Positions 1 to 7,945 are shown, counted from the stretch's first letter. The stretch is DNA of 32,000 nucleotides from Ignicoccus hospitalis KIN4/I (GCF_000017945.1 NC_009776.1:660001-692000), one strand, 5' to 3'. Numbers and translations: made by a program. The notes: generated by a model from the letters alone, not told the origin.

Positions 1-815
1 TCGGCAAGCACTTCCATTATGTCGCCCGTGCACGGCTTTTTGGGTTTCCTAAACTTGTTAGGGCCCTTCCTCCTAAGGGCGGCACAGTCCTCTTGCTTTG
101 AGTAGAAACACGGGTAGGAGAAGAGGTAGAACGGGCTCACGCCCTCCTCCGCCGCCGCGTAGAGCGCCTTTATCGAGCCCAAGGGGACCTTAGCATATAC
201 GTAATCTATCAGTCTCTTGAACTGTTCCCACGCCTCGACGCTGACGTACCTCTTCCCCAGGTAACACTCCTTCGCTTTCAACAGCCTCTCTGCCACACAA
301 GCCGGGTCCGCGGGGGGCCTCCCCGGGTAGGCGACCACCATTTCTCCCCTTCTCTTGCCTAAAGCCGCCATAGCCAAGAAAGAGGCAAAACACTCTGCGG
401 GCTGCGGCGAAGCGGCGCAGAACGCGTCCCCTACCACCAACTCCTTGTCCCCGAGGACCTTGTCGACGCTGTCCAACACCATAGGCCAGGGGTCTCTGAG
501 ACAAATTACAAACGTCTTAAACCCCTTCCCGGCTAACTGACTCTCGGGCAGGGGCCCTTTCTTCAACCTGCTCGAGGGGTTCAACAGAAAGGCGGAGTCG
601 TATACCCTCTTGGCGTCCACGACTTCGCCCTTCTTACAAGGCCTCAACGAGACTACGTCGAAAGTTCTACGGGCCTTACCCTTTCCGCCGACCTCCTCTG
701 AGCCCCCTTCTCCCTTTTTCGAAGCGTCGTATTCGGTGGTTATCAAATATCCCAACGCGACGAGCGTTGAGCTAATTCCGCCTAAGCCGACCGCTACTCT
801 TCCCACGTCCCCCAT
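1..815 (-). CDS. hypothetical protein, 3'-truncated by the window edge; start overlaps the stop of the upstream HerA-like gene
   Basis: Absent from the ORF track because there is no stop inside the window. Hand translation of the minus strand from ATG 815..813 stays open to position 1, giving at least 271 codons (MGDVGRVAVGLGGISSTLVALGYLITTEYD...FYLFSYPCFYSKQEDCAALRRKG...). Composition is protein-like, unlike the Gly/Arg-rich 190..504 ORF in another frame. The 22-nt overlap with gene 794..2551 suggests co-transcription. No family recognised. Confidence 0.55.
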   Translation of the reverse strand, partial: MGDVGRVAVGLGGISSTLVALGYLITTEYDASKKGEGGSEEVGGKGKARRTFDVVSLRPCKKGEVVDAKRVYDSAFLLNPSSRLKKGPLPESQLAGKGFKTFVICLRDPWPMVLDSVDKVLGDKELVVGDAFCAASPQPAECFASFLAMAALGKRRGEMVVAYPGRPPADPACVAERLLKAKECYLGKRYVSVEAWEQFKRLIDYVYAKVPLGSIKALYAAAEEGVSPFYLFSYPCFYSKQEDCAALRRKGPNKFRKPKKPCTGDIMEVLA

Positions 816-2551
816 TCTTCATCGTCCCTCGTGGCGTGGTACTTCTCCCACTCGTCCACCGCGTCGATGTCTTGTCCGACTTTCTTTATTTCGGCGTGGT
901 CCACCTTCACTATAGCCGGCAACGGCGCCAAAGGGCCTAGGACTAGGGCCTCTCCCACCGAGAGCGAAGGCAAGTGTTTGACCAGCTCCTCGCTCAAGCC
1001 CTCGCTGCTGGCTTGTACGTGCCTCTGGTCTCCGGGTTCGACCAGCTTAAGCACTATCAGATTGTTGGCTTGACTCAAGGCGTCTTGGTCCAAGCCCTTA
1101 GGCCTCTGGGAGACCATAACTAGGCCTACGCCGAACTTCCTCCCTTCCCTAGTTATTCTCGACACCCAGTACTTGGTCAAGGTCCTCCTGTTAGCGGGCG
1201 CGAGTATGTGGGCCTCTTCCAGCACCAAGAGGATAGGAACTTTTAGGACTGCTTTACCCTTAGAGCCGGCCTCCCCCAAGACCTTCCTCTTCCTCGCGTT
1301 CAATATACTCTTTAGAGATACACTTACAATTATATCGGCCATATCTTCGTCCAGCGAGTGTAAGTCCATCACGTTCAGCGAGGCCGGCTTTATCCTTTCC
1401 ACTACGTCGGAGGCGTCAAAGTCAAATATTTCCTTGTATTTCTGTTCTGCATCTTGGATCTTTACCAACAAGTTAGGTATGGCAGAGTTGACGTCGCTCT
1501 TCGCGTCTATTACAGTGTACAAGTCAGAGCAGTCGTTCTTCTCACAGACTTTCGTCTTGTTCGCATTCTTTAAAGCAATCTTTATTGACGTCAACGGCGT
1601 CGTGGGGTTGAACTTACCGTACTCCCTTAGAATCTGCGCCGCCAACGCGATGTTATCGTAGTGGATAACGGGCATCTCTTTGGTGTGCATTAGCTCAATC
1701 AACATGTTTTGTAATATTCTGAAGAACTTTTCTTTACTCTCGACGACGTTGCTGTTCTCTATCACTTTCCATAAGGTTAACACGTTACGGAGGTAAAGCT
1801 CTTGTTTATGTGCGTCCTTGCTGAGGCCGATGAGCTTGGAGAAGGAGTCCGCGTCCAGCTTCGTAGGGTCGAGCTTAGGCTCTATGACGTTTACGTACTC
1901 CGCGTCGAGCCTCGAGTACTCGCCGTGCATGTCAAAGATGAGAACGCATCCATTCTTTTCTTTAACTATTCTGGTCGTTAGGACGGTAACGGTGTTACTC
2001 TTCCCCGCTCCGGTAACTGCTACCACCGCCATGTGGCGCGAGACTATTTGGGTGACGTCGACGTAGAACCCCACGCCCGGATGTGCGGCCAACTCGCCTA
2101 ACTTGATAAACCTCTTATCTCCTTCTCGTGAGAATATCTTCACAAGAGCTTCTTTGCTAGCCTTGTAAACTTCGGAGCCGGGGTCTATGGCTACCCGGGG
2201 CGGCTCTTGTTTCCCCATCTTAATTAACGGTTTTATTTTGGTGAGTACCTTAACTATTGCAAAGTACTTAGTGTTAGACTGGCCGAACATGAGCGTTCTT
2301 AATATGGTGCCGGCCAAGTGGGGGTTCTCGAGGTCGGCTAAGTCCCCTAACAGCTCGTTCCTAGCTATGCTCTCTTCAACCCAACCGAGCACCTCCTCAT
2401 TGGAGTTCAACGGCTTTATTATCACGTATTCGCCGACCTTGAGCGGCTCTTTTGTCCTGACCGTGACCTTAGAAGACGTCGCCTCATCAACCACGTAGCC
2501 TATCGCTCCCCCGTAACTTTCAACCATCTCTTGAGAGCTCATTAGTACCAT
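794..2551 (-). CDS. herA: HerA-like (DUF87) FtsK/HerA-class P-loop ATPase/translocase
   Basis: 585-aa ORF. Walker A is VAVTGAGKSNTV and Walker B is ILLVLEEAH. It carries the HerA-type signature ITREGRKFGVGLVMVSQRP and an N-terminal barrel-like region. It is paired divergently with a NurA-like gene. Confidence 0.85.
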   Translation of the reverse strand: MVLMSSQEMVESYGGAIGYVVDEATSSKVTVRTKEPLKVGEYVIIKPLNSNEEVLGWVEESIARNELLGDLADLENPHLAGTILRTLMFGQSNTKYFAIVKVLTKIKPLIKMGKQEPPRVAIDPGSEVYKASKEALVKIFSREGDKRFIKLGELAAHPGVGFYVDVTQIVSRHMAVVAVTGAGKSNTVTVLTTRIVKEKNGCVLIFDMHGEYSRLDAEYVNVIEPKLDPTKLDADSFSKLIGLSKDAHKQELYLRNVLTLWKVIENSNVVESKEKFFRILQNMLIELMHTKEMPVIHYDNIALAAQILREYGKFNPTTPLTSIKIALKNANKTKVCEKNDCSDLYTVIDAKSDVNSAIPNLLVKIQDAEQKYKEIFDFDASDVVERIKPASLNVMDLHSLDEDMADIIVSVSLKSILNARKRKVLGEAGSKGKAVLKVPILLVLEEAHILAPANRRTLTKYWVSRITREGRKFGVGLVMVSQRPKGLDQDALSQANNLIVLKLVEPGDQRHVQASSEGLSEELVKHLPSLSVGEALVLGPLAPLPAIVKVDHAEIKKVGQDIDAVDEWEKYHATRDDEEWGTWEE

Positions 2552-2574
2552 CGTCAGAACCCCTTTCGAAATAG

Positions 2575-3612
2575 GTGAAAAGTTTGAGCCGCCAAGAAGG
2601 CAGCCCCCTCTCAGACTTGATATCTATGAGGGATTACGCAATTAGAAAAATGTTTGTCGCCGCCGACGAGTATAAAGACTACGTAAAGGAAGTCTGGTAC
2701 ACAATCGAGGAGGCCGAGCGCTCTCCGAAAGTGAGCTTCGACAAGGTATTTTCTGTAGACGGGTCGAAGTTTCATATAGAATTCCAGTCCTTGTCGCTCT
2801 TCCTCGTGCGCGCCCTCTCGTTCCTCATAGACTTTAAGGGCAAGAGCGGGGTACACAAGGTCAAGAGCCTTTACGGGACGGTGACCCCTCCGTACAAGTC
2901 TAACGATAGGAGCATACTGTACATGGAAGCGTTGGAACTAGAGCTTGTAAACGAACTACTAGAAGAGGTCGGGTACTCCGACGACGCGTTAATCCTAGCG
3001 GACGGCGCCATGAGCACTATAGGTCAATGTAGGACTTACGAGGGGAGCAAATGCGGTTGTGCGCTAAGACACGGGTCCGTATCTGAAGTGCTCAACGACG
3101 GGGGCCTCGACGGGAGGTGTAAGGTATGCCTCGAGTGTGCAGTAAAACAAAACAACCTTCGAAAGGTCATAGAAAGAAGGTCGCCTAACTTATTCTATGT
3201 TGCAAAGAAATATCACTCCAACGCCCTCTTCCAAGACGAGGAGCTGGACGACCTCACCATCCTATTCTTGGTAACTACGTACTTGAGCAGCGATATGGAC
3301 GGTGCCGGCGTAACTATACCAATGAGAAAGACTATCAAGTTACCCTTGATAGGTAGGGAAGAGGAGGTCTGGTTCTTTTATGCTAAGTTCAAGAGGGGCG
3401 GGAACTTGTACTACATCGAAGTACCCAGAGAGATAGGCTTGGAAGACGCCATGAACTTCGTTAAAGAGGTCTCGCCCCTGTGTACTAAGGGCGTCGGCTA
3501 CCCCCTCCCCCTGATATGGGCCCACAAGAGCGTAGAGTTGCCGGAGAAGACAATCAGGCCCATAATCGAGCAAGCGTACGCGTTCTTCAGAAGCGGCAGA
3601 GAGGGGCTATGA
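2575..3612 (+). CDS. nurA: NurA-like nuclease (RNase H-fold, NurA domain) with an inserted Cys cluster
   Basis: 345-aa ORF. FSVDGSKF and LILADGAMS resemble the two catalytic Asp motifs of NurA-family nucleases. A Cys-rich insertion is present (SKCGCALRHG...RCKVCLEC). It is the genomic partner of a HerA-like ATPase. Start is uncertain: GTG 2575 or in-frame ATG 2626. Confidence 0.65.
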   Translation: MKSLSRQEGSPLSDLISMRDYAIRKMFVAADEYKDYVKEVWYTIEEAERSPKVSFDKVFSVDGSKFHIEFQSLSLFLVRALSFLIDFKGKSGVHKVKSLYGTVTPPYKSNDRSILYMEALELELVNELLEEVGYSDDALILADGAMSTIGQCRTYEGSKCGCALRHGSVSEVLNDGGLDGRCKVCLECAVKQNNLRKVIERRSPNLFYVAKKYHSNALFQDEELDDLTILFLVTTYLSSDMDGAGVTIPMRKTIKLPLIGREEEVWFFYAKFKRGGNLYYIEVPREIGLEDAMNFVKEVSPLCTKGVGYPLPLIWAHKSVELPEKTIRPIIEQAYAFFRSGREGL

Positions 3613-3614
3613 CC

Positions 3615-3624
3615 AAAATATAAG
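3615..3624 (+). promoter_or_regulatory. TATA-box-like element upstream of 3659..3970
   Basis: AAAATATAAG lies about 35-45 nt upstream of the GTG start at 3659, just after the NurA-like stop. This matches the geometry of archaeal TATA boxes with short leaders. Confidence 0.35.
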
Positions 3625-3658
3625 TGGCCCGAGGCCCTCGCCTCCGGGTGGGCTAGGA

Positions 3659-3970
3659 GTGTTCAAGCCGGTGGACGTCGACGTCTTCGTAGTAGAGGCC
3701 GAAAGGGGGCTGGCGGGCAACGTATACGTAGCGGTAGCCATGGGCAGAGTGCCCTCAGAACAGAAGCCCAAGCTCACATTCTTCGTCGTCCCCCCTTCAG
3801 AGATACAAAAAAACATAAACAAGTACAAGGAAGTAGTTAAGTTCGTTAATGTAGAGAGTGAGGAATTCAAGAAGCTGAGGCCCGAGCTCAGGAGGCTGGC
3901 AAGGGAAGCCATCCGGTCGCCCTCCTCCTATATACCCCCAGAAGTGGTGGAGGAACTGAGGAAGAAATGA
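3659..3970 (+). CDS. hypothetical small protein (103 aa)
   Basis: ORF with balanced, Lys/Glu/Val-rich composition typical of a thermophile. It follows the NurA-like gene on the same strand. Its stop overlaps the ATG of the next micro-ORF (ATGA). No family recognised. Confidence 0.5.
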   Translation: MFKPVDVDVFVVEAERGLAGNVYVAVAMGRVPSEQKPKLTFFVVPPSEIQKNINKYKEVVKFVNVESEEFKKLRPELRRLAREAIRSPSSYIPPEVVEELRKK

Positions 3971-4110
3971 GTGAGGTCCTAATAAGCGACGTGGAGAGCG
4001 AAGAGGAATGCCTCTCGGCGTGCGAGGCGAGGTTTTGTCACGGAGCCTTGTACTCACCCTCCGAGAGGCTCTGTAAGTGTCTGCTCTGCACTGGGCCCCT
4101 TCGGGAGTGA
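3967..4110 (+). CDS. possible 47-aa Cys-rich micro-protein (zinc-ribbon-like)
   Basis: Hand translation gives MSEVLISDVESEEECLSACEARFCHGALYSPSERLCKCLLCTGPLRE. It has six Cys in CxxxC...C...CxCxxC spacing. Its ATG overlaps the upstream stop (ATGA coupling). It is too short for the ORF track and rests only on Cys spacing and coupling. Confidence 0.3.
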   Translation: MSEVLISDVESEEECLSACEARFCHGALYSPSERLCKCLLCTGPLRE

Positions 4111-4175
4111 TGTGAAACCCCCGGCCGACCTCCTCGCGGCGGGGCATGAGGAGGCTCGGCGCAACTGACCTCGAT

Positions 4176-4239
4176 GCGACTCAGCGTAACTCTGATTCCT
4201 CACCCGAGAGCCTCGGGCTTGCCGAGTTATCATCATCGC
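4176..4239 (-). ncRNA. candidate C/D-box sRNA (2'-O-methylation guide)
   Basis: Minus strand reads GCG-ATGATGA(C box)-13 nt-CCGA(degenerate D')-9 nt-GTGAGGA(C', one mismatch)-ATCAGAGTTACG(12 nt)-CTGA(D box)-GTCGC. Short terminal complementarity (GCG/CGC) is present. Box order and the 12-nt C'-to-D spacing fit archaeal C/D sRNAs. It lies in a 157-bp gap lacking a convincing ORF. Confidence 0.4.
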
Positions 4240-4266
4240 CCTTAACTCTCCCCTCCCACTGTATGC

Positions 4267-5628
4267 TTGGCGGAGAGGTTGCTGAGGCTTAAACTAACAG
4301 ACGTTCCTCCGGAAAGGTTAGTAGGCGTAAAGGTTAAAATATTTAAGAACAAGGATGACTTCGTAGAATTCGCCTCCCCCTTCTATACGGTAGAGGAAGT
4401 TAAGCCTAACAGCGTCGTAAAGGTGAAGAAGGACGGAGAAGGTTACGTGGCCGCCTTCTGTGAGGACGACTTCGAGTGTGCCACATCGCTGGGAAAGGTA
4501 CTAAAGCAGCTGAGGACCAGCGTAGTCGACCTAACGAACGTCGAAGACCCTTACCCCTACATAACCGGCATAGCACTGACTGCCTGGGAGTTTGACAAGT
4601 ACAAGTCCGAGAAGAGGGAAGTGGAGATAGTTTTCAGTACGCCTAACAAGGAAGTGGCGCAAGAGGCGTTAAGGCACGCGGAAGCGCAGATGTTCGCCAG
4701 AGATCTCGCTTCCGAGCCTCCTAACGTTCTGAACCCCAAAACCTTCCCGGAGAGAGTAATGGAAAAGGTCAAGGGCTTACCAATAGAGGTAGAAGTCTTA
4801 GATGAGAACGACCTCAAGAAGGAAGGACTGGAGCTACTCTTGGCGGTCGGCAAGGGTTCCGACGTACCCCCGAGGTTGCTAATAATGAGGTACTACGGAG
4901 GCGGGGAGAAGCTCGCAATGGTAGGAAAGGGAGTCACCTTTGACGCCGGCGGATATAACTTGAAGCCGGCAAATTACATGAAAAACATGCACGCCGACAT
5001 GAGCGGCGCTGCTGCAGTCGCCGCTGCGACGCTCTACGCAGCAAAACTGAACTTAAACGTCAACTTAGAGTCATATATTCCGTTAGCAGAGAACCTAATA
5101 TCCGGGAGGGCCTACAAAATGGAAGATATCATAAGGAGTTACAGTGGCAAGTACGTCCACATAGGCAACACCGACGCGGAAGGCAGGCTTATCTTGGCCG
5201 ACGCCCTAGCTTACGCTAAACGCTCGTCGCCCAAGGTGACTTTTACCTTAGCGACTTTGACGGGCGCCCAGATAATCGCCCTCGGGTACGACATAGCTGC
5301 GCTGTACGCCACCCACGACGAGGACGCCGAGAAGGTGGAGGAGGCCTCGAAGCGTACGAAGGAGCTGGTGTGGAGAATGCCTCTATACGAGAAGTATAAA
5401 GAAGAATTAAAGCATCCAAGTGCGGACTTGAGCAACGTGGGGAAGGGCAGGGGAGCCGGAAGCATAATCGGTGCGCTGTTCCTAAAGGAGTTCGCGCCGG
5501 AGAGGTGGGTGTACTTAGACATAGCCGGTCCAGCCATGGCCCACGAGGCCAACGCTTGGTGGTGCTCTCCCTACCCCACCGGTTGGGGCGCCAGGCTGAT
5601 GTTAGCGACCTTGAAGGAGTACCAGTAG
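4267..5628 (+). CDS. pepA: leucyl aminopeptidase, peptidase family M17
   Basis: 453-aa ORF with the M17 hallmark NTDAEGRL (IGNTDAEGRLILADAL) and VGKGVTFDAGGYNLKP. Start is TTG. Confidence 0.9.
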   Translation: MAERLLRLKLTDVPPERLVGVKVKIFKNKDDFVEFASPFYTVEEVKPNSVVKVKKDGEGYVAAFCEDDFECATSLGKVLKQLRTSVVDLTNVEDPYPYITGIALTAWEFDKYKSEKREVEIVFSTPNKEVAQEALRHAEAQMFARDLASEPPNVLNPKTFPERVMEKVKGLPIEVEVLDENDLKKEGLELLLAVGKGSDVPPRLLIMRYYGGGEKLAMVGKGVTFDAGGYNLKPANYMKNMHADMSGAAAVAAATLYAAKLNLNVNLESYIPLAENLISGRAYKMEDIIRSYSGKYVHIGNTDAEGRLILADALAYAKRSSPKVTFTLATLTGAQIIALGYDIAALYATHDEDAEKVEEASKRTKELVWRMPLYEKYKEELKHPSADLSNVGKGRGAGSIIGALFLKEFAPERWVYLDIAGPAMAHEANAWWCSPYPTGWGARLMLATLKEYQ

Positions 5629-5640
5629 GGTGAGGCGGCC

Positions 5641-6009
5641 GTGCCGGTTAGGGTGAGCGAGTACAAGTCGTTTAAGGAGTTGTTAGACGACATGAACAGA
5701 GAGTTAGAACTGAACTTGGAGGGCCTTAGAGGGATACTGAAGATTCTGTTAGAGGAACAGTGGAGGGGGAGTGGAGAGGGGTCAGCGTCATATCCGCGAA
5801 TGAGGATCTTGGTTGACCCTAACGACGAGTTGATAAAAAACCAAGTGATCCCGGTATTATCAGAAGTGGTTAACAACGTGAGGGCCTTGAGATCTTCCAT
5901 TGCAATCTTCAAAACGCTCTTCTCGAAGAGTGAGCTGGAGACCGAACTCAAGCTGAAAGCTATATGGGACGGCTCCCACGTCAGGGTGGTAATAGTATCT
6001 ACGACCTAA
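5641..6009 (+). CDS. hypothetical protein (122 aa), coiled-coil N-terminus and beta-rich C-terminus
   Basis: GTG-started ORF 13 nt after pepA with protein-like composition. No family recognised. Confidence 0.55.
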   Translation: MPVRVSEYKSFKELLDDMNRELELNLEGLRGILKILLEEQWRGSGEGSASYPRMRILVDPNDELIKNQVIPVLSEVVNNVRALRSSIAIFKTLFSKSELETELKLKAIWDGSHVRVVIVSTT

Positions 6010-6021
6010 GCACGTCAAGCG

Positions 6022-6348
6022 CTACTCCACCTTCTTCAAGCCGGCCATAACTAGGACGCTGTCGGCGACGAAACTCATGCTTATGTAGCCCCCCTCAGCC
6101 TTAACCACCACGTCTAACTGTCTCTTCTCGGCACTGTAGGCCCTCAACTCCTTTTCGGATATGCTCTTCAAGTCGTGGAATATATTTATCGCTATCTCAT
6201 AAATCTCGTTGATCTTTTCTGGCCTTATGTTTTCGTAGTCAACCACCTCTAGCTTAGTCCCTTTCAGCTCGTAAACCACGTACCAGTCGACCTTGTAGCC
6301 GGGCACTTCTTGTACCTTCCACTTCTTCTGTGCCATCTTCGGAATCAC
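6022..6348 (-). CDS. small protein, last gene of the ParA-like operon; possibly Roadblock/LC7-like or SegB-like
   Basis: 108-aa ORF 4 nt downstream of the ParA-like stop. A GAGGAGG Shine-Dalgarno-like run at 6349..6355 abuts GTG 6348, so ATG 6336 (MAQKKWKVQ...) is the more likely start. The C-terminal LDVVVKAEGGYISMSFVADSVLVMAGL resembles the last strands of Roadblock-fold proteins, but this resemblance is weak. Confidence 0.6.
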   Translation of the reverse strand: MIPKMAQKKWKVQEVPGYKVDWYVVYELKGTKLEVVDYENIRPEKINEIYEIAINIFHDLKSISEKELRAYSAEKRQLDVVVKAEGGYISMSFVADSVLVMAGLKKVE

Positions 6349-6352
6349 CTCC

Positions 6353-7270
6353 TCAGAGAACCTTTAAGTGTAGAGCTACACACCCTACCGGCTTGTCTCC
6401 CCTAGCGATCCTCATCGCGGCGTCCCTCAAGACCTTCAAAGCGGCCGACTCGGTGGGCTTGTAGTTTATGCTAGCGGGAGGGGCCGCGCCGGAGACCTTG
6501 ACGTCGTAGAGCTTGCCGTCGAAGGGTACGAAGACTACGTAGCGGGCAGCGAACTTCTTACAGAGCTCCGGAGCCTTAGCGACTGCCGCCCTGTACTCGT
6601 GGTGGACGGGCTTTATCATGTTAACGAACACCATGTATATGGGTAGGCTAGGGTAGAACATTTCCACGTATCTGGCCGCGTACTCAGCAGTAGTCGGGAC
6701 GGCGTCTATCACTATGTTTAGCCAGTGGGTAGCGCTGGCCGCCACCCTGTGGAAGGGGGCGGGCGCGGGTCCGCTCGGGACGGGGTAGTCGTTGAACACG
6801 ACGTCGTGCGTGTTTGACAAGTAATTAACCAAGCTTACGGCCCTCTCCCTTATTTTGTTGTAGTTGTCCTCGAGTTCTTCGGCTAACCTCTTTACCTTCC
6901 CCCTCACCAAGGCCTCCTTGTCCGATGCAGGGACCAAATCAACTTCTATCACCTTTCCTTCTGCCGTGGTGAAGCTCACCTTTCTGACTACTTCGTCTGG
7001 GCTGGCTTCTCCCATCAACAGCTCCAAGAGGCCCGGCCCTTCTGACGAACCCAGCAACCTGGACGTTAGCCTGGGCGACCACAAGTCCCAGTCTATCATA
7101 GCTACCTTGTAGTCCCTCTGTGCTATCAAGAACGCTATCTCTACGGTTATGCTAGTCTTACCGACGCCTCCCTTGGGGCTCATAGTGCCGTAGACGTTCT
7201 CCTTTTCTATGCCAACGACTATTTCTTCTCCTTTCTTCTTCTTCTTGAAGAAGAGTATCATGGCTATCAC
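6353..7270 (-). CDS. ParA/MinD-family P-loop ATPase (deviant Walker A)
   Basis: 305-aa ORF with the deviant Walker A MSPKGGVGKTS followed by VAMIDWDLWSP. Its start overlaps the stop of the upstream 199-aa gene. The N-terminus has a Lys run (FFKKKKKGEE), and the true start may be ATG 7261. Confidence 0.85.
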   Translation of the reverse strand: MIAMILFFKKKKKGEEIVVGIEKENVYGTMSPKGGVGKTSITVEIAFLIAQRDYKVAMIDWDLWSPRLTSRLLGSSEGPGLLELLMGEASPDEVVRKVSFTTAEGKVIEVDLVPASDKEALVRGKVKRLAEELEDNYNKIRERAVSLVNYLSNTHDVVFNDYPVPSGPAPAPFHRVAASATHWLNIVIDAVPTTAEYAARYVEMFYPSLPIYMVFVNMIKPVHHEYRAAVAKAPELCKKFAARYVVFVPFDGKLYDVKVSGAAPPASINYKPTESAALKVLRDAAMRIARGDKPVGCVALHLKVL

Positions 7271-7866
7271 CCGGGAACTACTTTTACCTTGAACAGGTCA
7301 CCTACCCTACTCTCCAACATCTTCTGTAACTGCTCCATGATACGCTTGGGAACCCTCTTGCTTACTATGACAATCAGTTCATGGTTGCTCAACTTCGCCT
7401 CACCTTCCACGCCTAGCTCTCTGATTATATTTTCTATAACGTTTGCTACCTCGTTCATTATTTCGTCGGGCGGTATTACTGTCTCGCTCACGCCCGCCTC
7501 CACGAGCTCCTTGTCCGGTATGAAGAGCTCTATTCCGGGGATTAGTTGGACCAACTTCTTAACGTCTTCCGGCAACGCGGAGACGTCGAGGCCCGCGCTC
7601 TCCATGACAGACTCCACGCCTCCCTCGACCATAGTAGTGTGGGGTATGACCAACAAAGCTAGGATGGCGTCCTTGAAGTCCGCCTCCGAGGGTAGTTTGG
7701 GCTCGCCGGCAACCACCCTGTTGTTTTCAACAGTAAGTATGAATTTGTTCCACTTTAGATCCTTCTTGAGTATCAGGAGTATGGCTTTCCCGCTCTTTAT
7801 TTTCTTGGCCTCAATCATTACCTCCTCTGGGTGTCGTATTTTCTTAATATTCTTCTCCTCAGGCAC
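7267..7866 (-). CDS. hypothetical protein (199 aa), first gene of the ParA-like operon
   Basis: GTG-started ORF with acidic, protein-like composition. Its N-terminal segment IKSGKAILLILKKDLKWNKFILTVENNRVVAGE resembles the motif shared by the divergent-operon proteins. The antisense frame (7289..) is low-complexity Ser/Thr/Leu, which supports this strand as coding. Confidence 0.7.
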   Translation of the reverse strand: MPEEKNIKKIRHPEEVMIEAKKIKSGKAILLILKKDLKWNKFILTVENNRVVAGEPKLPSEADFKDAILALLVIPHTTMVEGGVESVMESAGLDVSALPEDVKKLVQLIPGIELFIPDKELVEAGVSETVIPPDEIMNEVANVIENIIRELGVEGEAKLSNHELIVIVSKRVPKRIMEQLQKMLESRVGDLFKVKVVPG

Positions 7867-7898
7867 CCCGTTGAGCCCCGTGTGTGAGGCCTACGGAA

Positions 7899-7910
7899 GC
7901 TTTAATTTTC
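7899..7910. promoter_or_regulatory. AT-rich TATA-like element in the 79-bp divergent spacer; possible bidirectional promoter
   Basis: GCTTTAATTTTC is the only AT-rich block between GTG 7866 (minus operon) and TTG 7946 (plus operon). It lies about 35-45 nt from each start. A GGAGGT motif at 7930..7935 precedes the plus-strand start. Confidence 0.3.
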
Positions 7911-7945
7911 TAGTACTAGTTCCACAAACGGAGGTCCTAGAGTAC

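Noticed and set aside
190-915. Track ORFs 190..504 (-), 355..540 (+) and 610..915 (+)
   Set aside because: Their compositions are Gly/Arg/Pro-rich or Ser/Pro-rich. They all overlap the longer, uninterrupted and protein-like minus-strand frame 1..815 that I translated by hand.
3797-4236. Minus-strand ORFs 3797..4147 and 4054..4236
   Set aside because: Their translations are Arg/Pro/Gly-rich. The first overlaps the 103-aa plus-strand gene. The second begins at the ATGATGA motif, which is better explained as a C box.
7289-7945. 5' two-thirds of the 406-aa plus-strand ORF 7289..8509
   Set aside because: The translated sequence is low-complexity Ser/Thr/Leu/Ile and lies exactly antisense to the well-formed gene 7267..7866. 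This is a typical shadow frame. Only the part downstream of the AT-rich spacer (from TTG 7946, or GTG 7880) looks like a protein.
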